Below, in pieces: positions 1 to 8,030 of a stretch of 49,629 nt of DNA. The stretch is from Alphaproteobacteria bacterium. Lineage in GTDB: Bacteria > Pseudomonadota > Alphaproteobacteria > Rs-D84. The notes under the pieces were generated by a model, which was given only the letters and a program-made list of their open reading frames with translations, was not told the DNA's origin and made no database searches. The position numbers were made by a program, and so were the translations under genes. How positions within the stretch are numbered: the stretch's first letter is position 1; the number at the start of each line of letters is the position of its first letter. The stretch lies in NCBI GenBank assembly GCA_041673665.1, contig JBAYXF010000002.1, positions 1 to 49,629 on the forward strand. Direction: 5' to 3'.

Positions 1-451
1 AAATCCAAATTGATACTAATACAGTTTTTTTAATTATATCCATTATGGTTTTTTTTACATCCCCCTTGGATTTAATTAAATTATATGCTTCCAACATTAA
101 CCAAAATGCTAACAAAACACCCAATAATATTTGAATAAAATTAAATAAACTGCGTTGTAAAGATACCCCTACTTTATCCAAAGCGTCTATCAATGATTTA
201 CCAATTCGTGCCTCTACGGGAACATAATCATCAACTATGGGTGTATAAAAATTATCTACATCCGAAGACAAGCCTTCTAATAAAAGCTGTCTGTTGTGGT
301 CCGTTGCCCAAACACCATAATCAGAAACATCCCCAGCATTTGGGGCATTTCCATCTGCATGTACCGGGACGGTAAAAAACAAACAAAAAACAACCAAAGC
401 AAATTTGCAAAATATATTTATTTTTTTAAGATTTAATTTAAATAAATTCAT
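1..451 (-). CDS. TrbL/VirB6-like membrane protein, paralog A; 5' part only, ORF runs off the left edge
   Basis: Hand translation of the minus strand from ATG (451..449) gives 150 stop-free codons: MNLFKLNLKKINIFCKFALVVFCLFFTVPVHA/DGNAP... This reads as a Sec signal peptide, a ~70-aa soluble segment, a Trp-containing TM helix (ILLGVLLAFWLMLEAY), a short charged loop (KSKGDVKK) and the next TM, which is the layout of TrbL/VirB6 N-termini. It starts 5 nt after the stop of paralog B. It is absent from the supplied ORF track because it has no stop in the window. Confidence 0.5.
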   Translation of the reverse strand, partial: MNLFKLNLKKINIFCKFALVVFCLFFTVPVHADGNAPNAGDVSDYGVWATDHNRQLLLEGLSSDVDNFYTPIVDDYVPVEARIGKSLIDALDKVGVSLQRSLFNFIQILLGVLLAFWLMLEAYNLIKSKGDVKKTIMDIIKKTVLVSIWI

Positions 452-456
452 ATTTA

Positions 457-1917
457 TTATTTGCTTGCCTTTTCCATTGCATCTGTAATTGTTTTGGTTA
501 TTCCAGATGGAATACTCCATAACTTTTGTCCCATCTCTTTGAATGACTTTCCTATATTAAATATCGGATCTTTGCCCGAGCCATCACCAACAAAAATTTC
601 ATCCAGTTTTTTGCTGATAACATAAAAATATAACAAGAATATTCCCAACATCATCATCATAAAATCCCAACCATTACGCATAAAATCAAATGCCCCTGGA
701 TGCGATGCTTCGATGGTTGCACTGGTACGGTCAAAACATGCTTTGAATAAACTTTTATCCATTTTTCCATCTTGCAAGGATGCTTTTTCACAGTCTGAAA
801 ATACCTGAGCTACAATTTGATTTGATGAATTTTGTGCCGATTGCATTCCTGCAAACCCAGGTGGAGTAATTACAGAATAGCCATCCACCGGTCCCGGGAA
901 ATATTCATCTGCAACATATGCAACAATTGTGTAAATTATTAAAACTTTCAGTGTAATTACAATTACCCTGACCGCACAATTTACAAGCATATCAACCGAT
1001 TTACCAACCGCGCCCTTTAACACCCCCCAAACGTTTTCATATGCATAACTGGCAATAATAACGGGTAGAAATATAATTATAAATACTAATCTGAAAACTA
1101 CATTTAAAATATCAAAGAACAAACCAAATCCGATAATTAAAAACATTATTACCAAGCCCAATCCAGCCAACCAGGTAAACAAGCCTCCACCCATTCCCAT
1201 CCATGCGAAATTCATCAAAGAAAATCCACCAGACGCCCCGGCCAAAATAACACTGCTGGCATTACCAACAACACACATAAATGGTTTTAATGCTGGACCA
1301 ATCACATTATCCGAATTTTGAGTTTCTAACGCTGGACACATTGCATCAGAACCTATGCCAGTTGCGGCCATGGCAAGTTCAGACCCAACATACATAACTG
1401 GGCGAATTGTAATATCAGATACTGTTTTTAAAATTGTTGTGCCACCAAAACTTAATGCACCCAAAAAAGCACCAACAAATAAAACCCTGGCAAATTGTTT
1501 CCATACAGGATCAAACCAACTTTTAAAATCAAAATCCCTGGATTTTGTGGTCATTTTAACATTTTCTTTGTTGGCTTCGGCTATCTTTTTCCAGGTATGT
1601 ACCAACAAATAAATTGCAAATCCCAATGCAATTAAAATCCATAAATTAGCAACCAACGCATCCCAAAAACTTTTTGTTGCCATACCAATTACATTAAACA
1701 ATTGGGTAACATAGGGACATAAAAAACAACCATTGCTTTTTGATATATCACAAACATCACCAACGCACGCACCGGTTGCTTGCAAAAAGCTGTTCATGCT
1801 GGCGTATGTAATAGAATCACCATTTATACTGGATGACAAATACCAAATACCGACACCAATGGCAATAATCCACATTATCGCTTTGACAGCTATTAAAATT
1901 ATTTTCGATTTCAACAT
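457..1917 (-). CDS. TrbL/VirB6-like polytopic membrane protein, paralog B (CxxC subtype)
   Basis: 486-aa ORF with an N-terminal TM and a Cys-rich segment ending in CFLCPYV just before the first core TM. There are at least 6 further TM helices, periplasmic loops with Cys pairs (AMCPAL..PFMCVV; FSDCEK..FKACFD) and a K-rich tail with GQKLWS. The CDS itself is near certain; the family assignment is tentative. Confidence 0.55.
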   Translation of the reverse strand: MLKSKIILIAVKAIMWIIAIGVGIWYLSSSINGDSITYASMNSFLQATGACVGDVCDISKSNGCFLCPYVTQLFNVIGMATKSFWDALVANLWILIALGFAIYLLVHTWKKIAEANKENVKMTTKSRDFDFKSWFDPVWKQFARVLFVGAFLGALSFGGTTILKTVSDITIRPVMYVGSELAMAATGIGSDAMCPALETQNSDNVIGPALKPFMCVVGNASSVILAGASGGFSLMNFAWMGMGGGLFTWLAGLGLVIMFLIIGFGLFFDILNVVFRLVFIIIFLPVIIASYAYENVWGVLKGAVGKSVDMLVNCAVRVIVITLKVLIIYTIVAYVADEYFPGPVDGYSVITPPGFAGMQSAQNSSNQIVAQVFSDCEKASLQDGKMDKSLFKACFDRTSATIEASHPGAFDFMRNGWDFMMMMLGIFLLYFYVISKKLDEIFVGDGSGKDPIFNIGKSFKEMGQKLWSIPSGITKTITDAMEKASK

Positions 1918-1920
1918 AAA

Positions 1921-3123
1921 CTATTTTTCTTTTTTGTCTGCCGAACCGTCTTCTTTTTTATCAGCATCTTTACCAACAACTGCACTCCAAAGAGTTTTTC
2001 CAGTATTTTTTGCAAAATCAAATGTGTTTTTTCCAACCTTTAAGGCGTCTTCTCCCAACTTATCCCCTGATTCATTTCTTTGGGTTATATTAAATGCATC
2101 TGTGATTGCTTTGGCAACTTGTTTAATATTTTCTGATAAATATCCTACGATATAAACCAATACCAAAACCCCACCCAAAGAAACCATGGCCAAATTATCA
2201 TCTGATATATCGCTGGCCAATATATTCCCATTCATTACTTCTGTGACATCAATGTTTGGCCCGGCAAAAAACTTTGTAATTATAACCATAATTACAACAT
2301 AAGTTATAACAACCGTTGCCAATGAAACAATAGAATTTATTAAATTTTGGAAAAATGCGGGGGTTATTTTACTGCTCATATTTTTTACCCAATCCGCGCT
2401 TTTGGAATTTTTAAATACCCATAAAACCAACATAAATGGGAAAAAGAATGCAAAGAAAGTCATATCAATTACAACATCGGCGAAATAAAAACAAAACTTT
2501 ATAAATAATTTAAAAAACGCCCAAACAACATACAGTCCCATAAAAAATATCATAATATGTTTTAACAGCGCACCAATACCCAAAAAAGCTTTCCATTCAA
2601 ACGCCTTGTCCATTATTGCCATACCTAGTTTCATCATTGATTGAAATTGAGTAATGCTGGTCTTCATCAATAAAATTATTTTGTCGCGTAACTCGGGACG
2701 ATAAAATCCATCCTCAGACATTTTTTCTGGGGTATATACTACCTTTTGCGCAACTTGATCTGGATTTGTATTTAACATTGATTGTGTATAAACCAATGTC
2801 ATATCGGCCACAGGTTCAAAACTGAGTCTGGTTACCAGTCTTGGAACCATAACCCCCAATCCCAAAATAGTAATTACAAATAAAGAATTTATTATTACTG
2901 GTTTCAAATAAGATTGATACATCGGTTCCATTTTATCTTTTGCGCGCAAATTTGTTACGACGGAATACAAAACATAAAAAGCAACAAAAACACATAATAA
3001 AACCGCCGCCAGCAATGCCATCTTTCCGTAAACAGCACTGGTGGTCGCAGAAATAACCTGGAACAAACGGTCAAATACAGGACAGCTCCAACATTGCACC
3101 GAAGATTCTATCCATCCACTCAT
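1921..3123 (-). CDS. TrbL/VirB6-like polytopic membrane protein, paralog C (CxxC subtype)
   Basis: 400-aa ORF whose N-terminus MSGWIESSVQCWSCPVFDRLF carries the CxxC motif, followed by 6-7 TM helices. The tail reads GKTLWS...KKEDGSADKKEK. The ATG overlaps the stop of paralog D by 4 nt. Confidence 0.55.
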   Translation of the reverse strand: MSGWIESSVQCWSCPVFDRLFQVISATTSAVYGKMALLAAVLLCVFVAFYVLYSVVTNLRAKDKMEPMYQSYLKPVIINSLFVITILGLGVMVPRLVTRLSFEPVADMTLVYTQSMLNTNPDQVAQKVVYTPEKMSEDGFYRPELRDKIILLMKTSITQFQSMMKLGMAIMDKAFEWKAFLGIGALLKHIMIFFMGLYVVWAFFKLFIKFCFYFADVVIDMTFFAFFFPFMLVLWVFKNSKSADWVKNMSSKITPAFFQNLINSIVSLATVVITYVVIMVIITKFFAGPNIDVTEVMNGNILASDISDDNLAMVSLGGVLVLVYIVGYLSENIKQVAKAITDAFNITQRNESGDKLGEDALKVGKNTFDFAKNTGKTLWSAVVGKDADKKEDGSADKKEK

Positions 3124-4382
3124 TTCTTTTTAAACCATCCTATTGCTTTAGTAATACCCCTGCGCCATTCATGTGCTTTACTCCATGCATTCTTAGTATC
3201 GCCAATTGCTTTATTATATAAACTATCCGAACCACTGCCCGTATAATCCATCAATTGTTTTTTAGTTATTTCAAAAATTTTAAACATTAAAAAGAAAGTC
3301 AAAACAGATGACATCCACATTATAGAATGCCCACCAAAACCCATTGGATTATTTGCAACAACTGGGACATTACTGGATGCAGAACCGCCCGCAGCAACAA
3401 CAAATGTTGAATGATTAAAATTAAACAAGGCCTTGATCGCGGCAATATTTATTATCAAGATAAATACACAAGCAATCATCGTTATTACTAATTTTTTTAA
3501 ACTTTCTATTATCTGGCTGAATGCCGGCCATGGATTAACCCAACCCTTGGCATTTTTATCGGCAACAAAAGTTAAAACTTTGAATGGGTACATTATCAAA
3601 GCCATTCCAAATTCAAAAATTGCCTGGATTATCAAAAGTGCCATAAAGAAATTACTGGCGACAAAAGTAAACACCAAAAATATGCCCGTTATCAAGTTCA
3701 TAATATCACGGCCACCATGTGGTATCAGCGTCATCAACCCCAACAAACCGTCAGTTATAAATTTTAATCCACGTTTGATAACTTGGTTATTTGCCTGTGT
3801 TATTTGGGCGACTGGGCGAATTAAGAACTTACAGCCTGCCTCTGAAATATATCCTTTCTCAATTAAGTCCGGCGGGCAAGCCATGTTTTCTTCTGAAACA
3901 CCGGCCGACATATTCATCTGATTAATACTTGCTGTCATGCTTTGCGTATAAATTTCCCCAAATTGCAAAAAAGGGTCTACAATTATACCGGTAATATATT
4001 GCGGCTTGATTGGTAATAGCAATGCTGCTGCGATTATACCCCGAATACATGGTTTTAATACATCTTCGGAAATTTTAAGCGCAGATGGTTTTTCCCACAT
4101 TTGTCCGCCCCTGGCGTTAAAAAAATCCAACCAACTTTGCGGGATATACATTTTTACCAAATACATTCCGATAAACCAACCCAGCCAACCCCAAACCAAG
4201 ATGTAAATTATCCCATCCCCATTGCCCACAAAAAATTCATACGTAGCCATAGCAACAGATACAAACGCATTCAAAATTATCGGTATAAACAGAGAAAGAT
4301 CCAGTGCATCAACAATCCCCCATGACGCATAAGCTGCACATGGCAAAATTAAAAATAATAAAGATAAAAGTATTTTTCTCAC
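3120..4382 (-). CDS. TrbL/VirB6-like polytopic membrane protein, paralog D (signal-peptide subtype)
   Basis: 420-aa ORF with a GTG start (plus strand cac at 4380..4382). It has a signal peptide MRKILLSLLFLILPCAAYA/SWG, many TM helices, a loop Cys pair (MACPPD..EAGCKF) and a tail TKNAWS..WFKKK. Confidence 0.55.
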   Translation of the reverse strand: MRKILLSLLFLILPCAAYASWGIVDALDLSLFIPIILNAFVSVAMATYEFFVGNGDGIIYILVWGWLGWFIGMYLVKMYIPQSWLDFFNARGGQMWEKPSALKISEDVLKPCIRGIIAAALLLPIKPQYITGIIVDPFLQFGEIYTQSMTASINQMNMSAGVSEENMACPPDLIEKGYISEAGCKFLIRPVAQITQANNQVIKRGLKFITDGLLGLMTLIPHGGRDIMNLITGIFLVFTFVASNFFMALLIIQAIFEFGMALIMYPFKVLTFVADKNAKGWVNPWPAFSQIIESLKKLVITMIACVFILIINIAAIKALFNFNHSTFVVAAGGSASSNVPVVANNPMGFGGHSIMWMSSVLTFFLMFKIFEITKKQLMDYTGSGSDSLYNKAIGDTKNAWSKAHEWRRGITKAIGWFKKK

Positions 4383-4390
4383 TTCTTCGT

Positions 4391-4399
4391 ATTATAGCA
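4391..4399 (-). promoter_or_regulatory. extended -10 promoter element (TGCTATAAT) for paralog D operon
   Basis: The reverse complement of 4391..4399 is TGCTATAAT. The GTG start follows 8 nt downstream, with no SD and no clear -35. Confidence 0.5.
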
Positions 4400-4419
4400 T
4401 AAAAAGCCGGTGCAAATTA

Positions 4420-4428
4420 TGATATAAT
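4420..4428 (+). promoter_or_regulatory. extended -10 promoter element (TGATATAAT) for paralog E
   Basis: TGATATAAT lies at 4420..4428. The GTG start at 4435 is 6 nt downstream, with no SD. Confidence 0.5.
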
Positions 4429-4434
4429 TAGTCC

Positions 4435-5778
4435 GTGAACAAACTAAAAAAATTTTGGATTATCTTTCTTTCATTCTTGCCATTTTCTGCGGGAGCGATT
4501 GCTCCGCTGGCCATTGGCGCCATTGCTGGGGGCGTAACAATTGCCGGATTTTCAATCTATCGCTCTATGTCACCTGTTGATATGGTAGATGCCTTATCTT
4601 TCTTTTCCAGTTGTTGGTCGTGCGGAATGTTTAATGATATAATGTTGGTTTTATCAAATGTTTTACCACGTATTTATTCGGCTATTGGCCAGGTTTGTAT
4701 TCCAATAGCTTTTGCCCTGACCGCCGTATATTTCGGGTGGGAGGTATTAAAAGGTTATCTGGGAATAGATGGTCAACCAAAATCCCCCGATGCATGGAAC
4801 TTTTCTGGGAAACTGGGCGCACATTTATTCAAGCTTACTTTTATAACTCTGTTATTGGCTTTCCCATTACCCAGGTTTATAACCAGCACAGCCGTAGAAC
4901 CCATCTTTAACGTTGGTTTGACACTTTCGCATTCAATAGATGTAAGAATGGCCCCAAATATAAACAATGAAAATTCTTTTGAAACTTGCCTGATCGCAAC
5001 CGCTGTTATGGACCCTTCAAGTGCTGACAAAGCCGCAGCCTCAAACGGTGCATTTTCACCAAAGCTTCGCCATAATCTGGCCTGCCAAATAGGTCAAATT
5101 CATCAAATGACCGGTCTGGGAATGACCGCAGGTTGGACAATTATGAACATGGCATTTAATGATAAATATATGTACAAGCTGATATTCAATATTCCAATTT
5201 TCCCAAATGTAGTTATGTTTTTAGCGGGACTTTTAGTTGTCGTTTTATTTTTCTTTGCCCTGTTGCCAATCCCGCTTTACTTTTTACAAACCTTTATCGA
5301 ACTGGGGATGAGTCTGGTTATGATGCCATTAATGTTAATTTCTTGGCTGTTCCAAGATGCGGACGGGAAAACATGGATGGTACTGCCAGATGGGAAAAAG
5401 AACATCAAGGGAATTATTGATAAAGTTGTTCAAAACACATTGGGTATCGCAATGGTTGGTATATTTACTGCATTTTCAGTGTTATTCTTAAATTCGGCTT
5501 TTGGTAAATGGCAAGGTGCCAGCGTTTTACAAACCGCAATAACTGAAAACAAAGCCGAAGTTTTAATAGATGGCATGTTTATGAATAACGACAGTCTGGT
5601 AACAATTATAATGATGGGATTATTCTTGGCAATCTTTATGAATGCTATACCGGCACTAAGCCAGGCTTTGTTCAGCGATGTTAAAATACCAACCAAGCTT
5701 TATGATGATGTAAAGAAAGATTTCGGCAAAATAACCAGTAATGTCAAAGCCTGGTGGAAAAATATAAAGAAGGACTAA
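4435..5778 (+). CDS. TrbL/VirB6-like polytopic membrane protein, paralog E (CxxC subtype), divergent from A-D
   Basis: 447-aa ORF with a GTG start and a hydrophobic N-terminus. A CWSCGMF motif precedes the first core TM. It has several TM helices, a loop Cys pair (FETCLI..NLACQI) and a tail VKAWWKNIKKD. Confidence 0.55.
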   Translation: MNKLKKFWIIFLSFLPFSAGAIAPLAIGAIAGGVTIAGFSIYRSMSPVDMVDALSFFSSCWSCGMFNDIMLVLSNVLPRIYSAIGQVCIPIAFALTAVYFGWEVLKGYLGIDGQPKSPDAWNFSGKLGAHLFKLTFITLLLAFPLPRFITSTAVEPIFNVGLTLSHSIDVRMAPNINNENSFETCLIATAVMDPSSADKAAASNGAFSPKLRHNLACQIGQIHQMTGLGMTAGWTIMNMAFNDKYMYKLIFNIPIFPNVVMFLAGLLVVVLFFFALLPIPLYFLQTFIELGMSLVMMPLMLISWLFQDADGKTWMVLPDGKKNIKGIIDKVVQNTLGIAMVGIFTAFSVLFLNSAFGKWQGASVLQTAITENKAEVLIDGMFMNNDSLVTIIMMGLFLAIFMNAIPALSQALFSDVKIPTKLYDDVKKDFGKITSNVKAWWKNIKKD

Positions 5779-5828
5779 AAGTCAAGCAATTTATTTTACT
5801 ATACTGACTTTAATCCAGCTTTAAAATC

Positions 5829-5837
5829 TGATATAAT
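5829..5837 (+). promoter_or_regulatory. extended -10 promoter element (TGATATAAT) abutting ORF 5845
   Basis: TGATATAAT lies at 5829..5837, and the ATG at 5845 is 7 nt downstream. There is no SD. Confidence 0.45.
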
Positions 5838-5844
5838 TCCAGCA

Positions 5845-6369
5845 ATGACTTACAAAACCATACGTTCCCCGTTTTTATTCTGGCCCACCAGAGGGACCCG
5901 TGATTCGGACACCTATCAATCGGCCAGGCGTATTATTTCGGATCGTCATGGTGAAATGCCTTGTTTGACGCCCACAGATTTCGATATGATTGAATTTTTC
6001 AAAGCAACTCCTGATGCCGTTCTCTATTATCCTGTGTTTTCTGGTGTCCCTGGCTGGTGGGGCGAATTATTAGGCGGCAGTGCCCAAGTTTGTGAAAAAA
6101 TCGTCCTGACCAAAGATTGCTCTTTAATGGCAATCGCCAAAGACCAAATAATTGAAAACAAAGATCAGAATAAACTTTTTGTTGCCGAAATTTTTCCAAA
6201 CCCTGGTTTTTTCAAAAAAGTATCCAACTTTGGCGTAAGCATAGCCGATATGTTGGCAACCGAGTCTGGAACCGTTTTGGCTCTGTTTTCTGGGAAAAAC
6301 CCTGGCAAATTCCAAAACTTCATAGAATCTTCGGGTAATTTTTACCTGGGATGTGTTGGCGGATATTAA
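5845..6369 (+). CDS. hypothetical protein (174 aa), no family recognised
   Basis: Long ORF in an otherwise empty interval with its own -10 element. There is no signal peptide or TM. I cannot place the sequence (MTYKTIRSPFLFWPTRGTRDSDTYQSARR...). Confidence 0.5.
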   Translation: MTYKTIRSPFLFWPTRGTRDSDTYQSARRIISDRHGEMPCLTPTDFDMIEFFKATPDAVLYYPVFSGVPGWWGELLGGSAQVCEKIVLTKDCSLMAIAKDQIIENKDQNKLFVAEIFPNPGFFKKVSNFGVSIADMLATESGTVLALFSGKNPGKFQNFIESSGNFYLGCVGGY

Positions 6370-6387
6370 ATTAATATCTATTCTTAC

Positions 6388-6415
6388 TTGATTTTACAAA
6401 ATTTCCCTGTATAAT
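6388..6415 (+). promoter_or_regulatory. sigma70-type promoter of rpmE (TTGATT-16-TATAAT)
   Basis: -35 TTGATT at 6388..6393, a 16-nt spacer, then -10 TATAAT at 6410..6415. Confidence 0.55.
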
Positions 6416-6439
6416 TTGCAAGCTAAAAAAGGTTTAACT

Positions 6440-6649
6440 ATGAAGAAAAACATACATCCAGAATACCACGAAATCAAAGTTACCCGTACAGATGGCAAAA
6501 CAATAAAAATGTTCTCGTCTGTGGACAAAGATTTGGTTTTATCTGTTGATAATCTGAACCACTCTGCTTGGACCGGTCAGCGTGCTGCCGCAGACAAGGG
6601 TCAGCGTGCCGCCGACTTTAAGAAAAAATTCGACGGGTTCAAATTTTAA
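6440..6649 (+). CDS. rpmE: 50S ribosomal protein L31
   Basis: MKKNIHPEYHEIKV... and the ...FKKKFDGFKF C-terminus match L31. The ATG at 6440 is preceded by AAAAAGG. The TTG at 6416 used by the ORF track lies immediately after the -10 box and is rejected. Confidence 0.9.
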   Translation: MKKNIHPEYHEIKVTRTDGKTIKMFSSVDKDLVLSVDNLNHSAWTGQRAAADKGQRAADFKKKFDGFKF

Positions 6650-6652
6650 TAA

Positions 6653-6680
6653 GCCCAGCGTTCGCGCTGGCTTTTATTTT
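6653..6680 (+). terminator. rho-independent terminator after rpmE
   Basis: GC-rich stem GCC(C)AGCG / CGCTGGC with loop TTCG, followed by TTTTATTTT. Confidence 0.6.
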
Positions 6681-6694
6681 TAAAAGCACAATAA

Positions 6695-7405
6695 ATGGAA
6701 AAAGAAAATCTGATAAAAGGCTCTTCGGAATTAAATAAAATGTTTGCCGCATTGGCGCAAACTGGGGCCGGATTACGTCATGATTTTGGGGAAGTTGAAA
6801 ATCTACAACAATCTCTTTCTGGTGCCCGTGACTTTGTTAAAAAAGCCGCGATAAGAATAGAAGAATCAATTTTACATAATTTAACCCTGATTCGTCCAAA
6901 TGCTGGTGTTTTAACACCAAATTATTCCCGCGATGGTGATGGACGGGATGAATTTGTCTTGGCATTTTCAGGCGCTAAAAATTTTATTCGTGGAAATCCA
7001 CATTTTGCGATATCTTTGGCCTTACGATCAAACAATGAAACAAAAATCGCATTGGTATACAGCCCAATTAACGAAAGATTATATTATGCCGAGGCTGGAT
7101 GTGGTGCTTTTGCATTTTCCGCATTTCATTCGGCGCGAATCAAGGTTTCCGGAATAAAAGAGCCGGAAGATTTAACATTGGGACTGGATTCGAATGATTT
7201 CAGGGTTGCTGGGGATACTCGTATTACTGGCTGTCCCGCGTTGGATCTTGCATGGGTTGCTGCCGGAAAATTTGATGGTTTTATATCCCAGCCACTAGAT
7301 TATGCAGAAATTTGTGCTGGGGAATTATTAATTAACGAGGCTGGGGGAGCAATCGAAATGAATGCCGAATTAGTGGCATCAAACAATAAATGGAAGAGAG
7401 AATAA
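6695..7405 (+). CDS. inositol monophosphatase/SuhB family protein with degenerate active-site motifs
   Basis: Collinear with SuhB: NFIRGNPHFAISLAL, ALDLAWVAAGKFDGF, AGELLINEAGG. The metal-binding DPxDGT motif reads LAFSGAK. Confidence 0.8.
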   Translation: MEKENLIKGSSELNKMFAALAQTGAGLRHDFGEVENLQQSLSGARDFVKKAAIRIEESILHNLTLIRPNAGVLTPNYSRDGDGRDEFVLAFSGAKNFIRGNPHFAISLALRSNNETKIALVYSPINERLYYAEAGCGAFAFSAFHSARIKVSGIKEPEDLTLGLDSNDFRVAGDTRITGCPALDLAWVAAGKFDGFISQPLDYAEICAGELLINEAGGAIEMNAELVASNNKWKRE

Positions 7406-7422
7406 TCCAAAAGGAAATTCTA

Positions 7423-8022
7423 ATGATTCTACTTAAAAACATTAATGGCAGATATCACTCTGATTATAAATTTATACTAAAAACCATATTGGCCTTGTCT
7501 TCCAGCGGGCTATATCGTGGCGAAAAAGAAATTATAAAAATCATTACTAATAGCGTAAAAGCTGTTGATACATCAATAACAAAAGCACAAAATGCCAATC
7601 AAATGTTAATTGATTACAAAGCATGTGTTAATTTACCTACATCAAAACTTAAAAAGAATGCTTCTAATTCATATATCGCCGTCTGTAATTCAACCTCAGA
7701 TTTATACCAAACATTTTATGATATTCGTGAAAATGGGAGTAATTTCGGAAAAAACTTAATTTCCAGAGAAATAATGCTGGCTTTTCTAAAAATCTTAGAA
7801 AAAACAGAACAATTAAAAAAAATGACCCCTATGTTTGATTTGGGTACTTCAATCACAAAAATAACAAGCGTCAGCAGTATGTATATGGGCGAGATTGAAA
7901 CATTCAGTAAAGATTCTGTTAAAAAAATAGAAGAACAATATAAAGAAATGAATAAAAATTATTCTGACTTTGCCCATGCATTCTGGCCAAGTTCATCAAA
8001 AAATAGTATTCATACTTTATAA
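7423..8022 (+). CDS. hypothetical protein (199 aa), K/N/S-rich, no family recognised
   Basis: ORF 7390..8022. I prefer the ATG at 7423 because AAGGAA (7410..7415) sits 7 nt upstream. The gene is very AT-rich, with no TM or signal peptide. Confidence 0.45.
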   Translation: MILLKNINGRYHSDYKFILKTILALSSSGLYRGEKEIIKIITNSVKAVDTSITKAQNANQMLIDYKACVNLPTSKLKKNASNSYIAVCNSTSDLYQTFYDIRENGSNFGKNLISREIMLAFLKILEKTEQLKKMTPMFDLGTSITKITSVSSMYMGEIETFSKDSVKKIEEQYKEMNKNYSDFAHAFWPSSSKNSIHTL

Positions 8023-8030
8023 TTTATTTA

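Noticed and set aside
193-375. 60-aa plus-strand ORF at the left edge
   Set aside because: It is antisense to the 150-codon open frame of the partial VirB6-like gene, and its translation is His/Pro-rich nonsense.
3433-4325. Plus-strand ORFs (162, 66 and 74 aa) inside paralog D
   Set aside because: They are shadow ORFs antisense to a long membrane-protein gene.
6416-6439. TTG-initiated 8-codon extension of rpmE in the ORF track
   Set aside because: The TTG directly follows the predicted -10 box, whereas the conserved L31 N-terminus MKKNIHP begins at ATG 6440 with an upstream purine-rich SD.
6575-6616. Apparent tandem duplication inside rpmE (GGTCAGCGTGCTGCC...GGTCAGCGTGCCGCC; GQRAAADK-GQRAAD)
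   Set aside because: Both halves align to segments present in ordinary L31 proteins (…TG.QR…GGRV.RF…), and overall length is normal. I could draw no functional inference, so I treat it as internal sequence similarity only.
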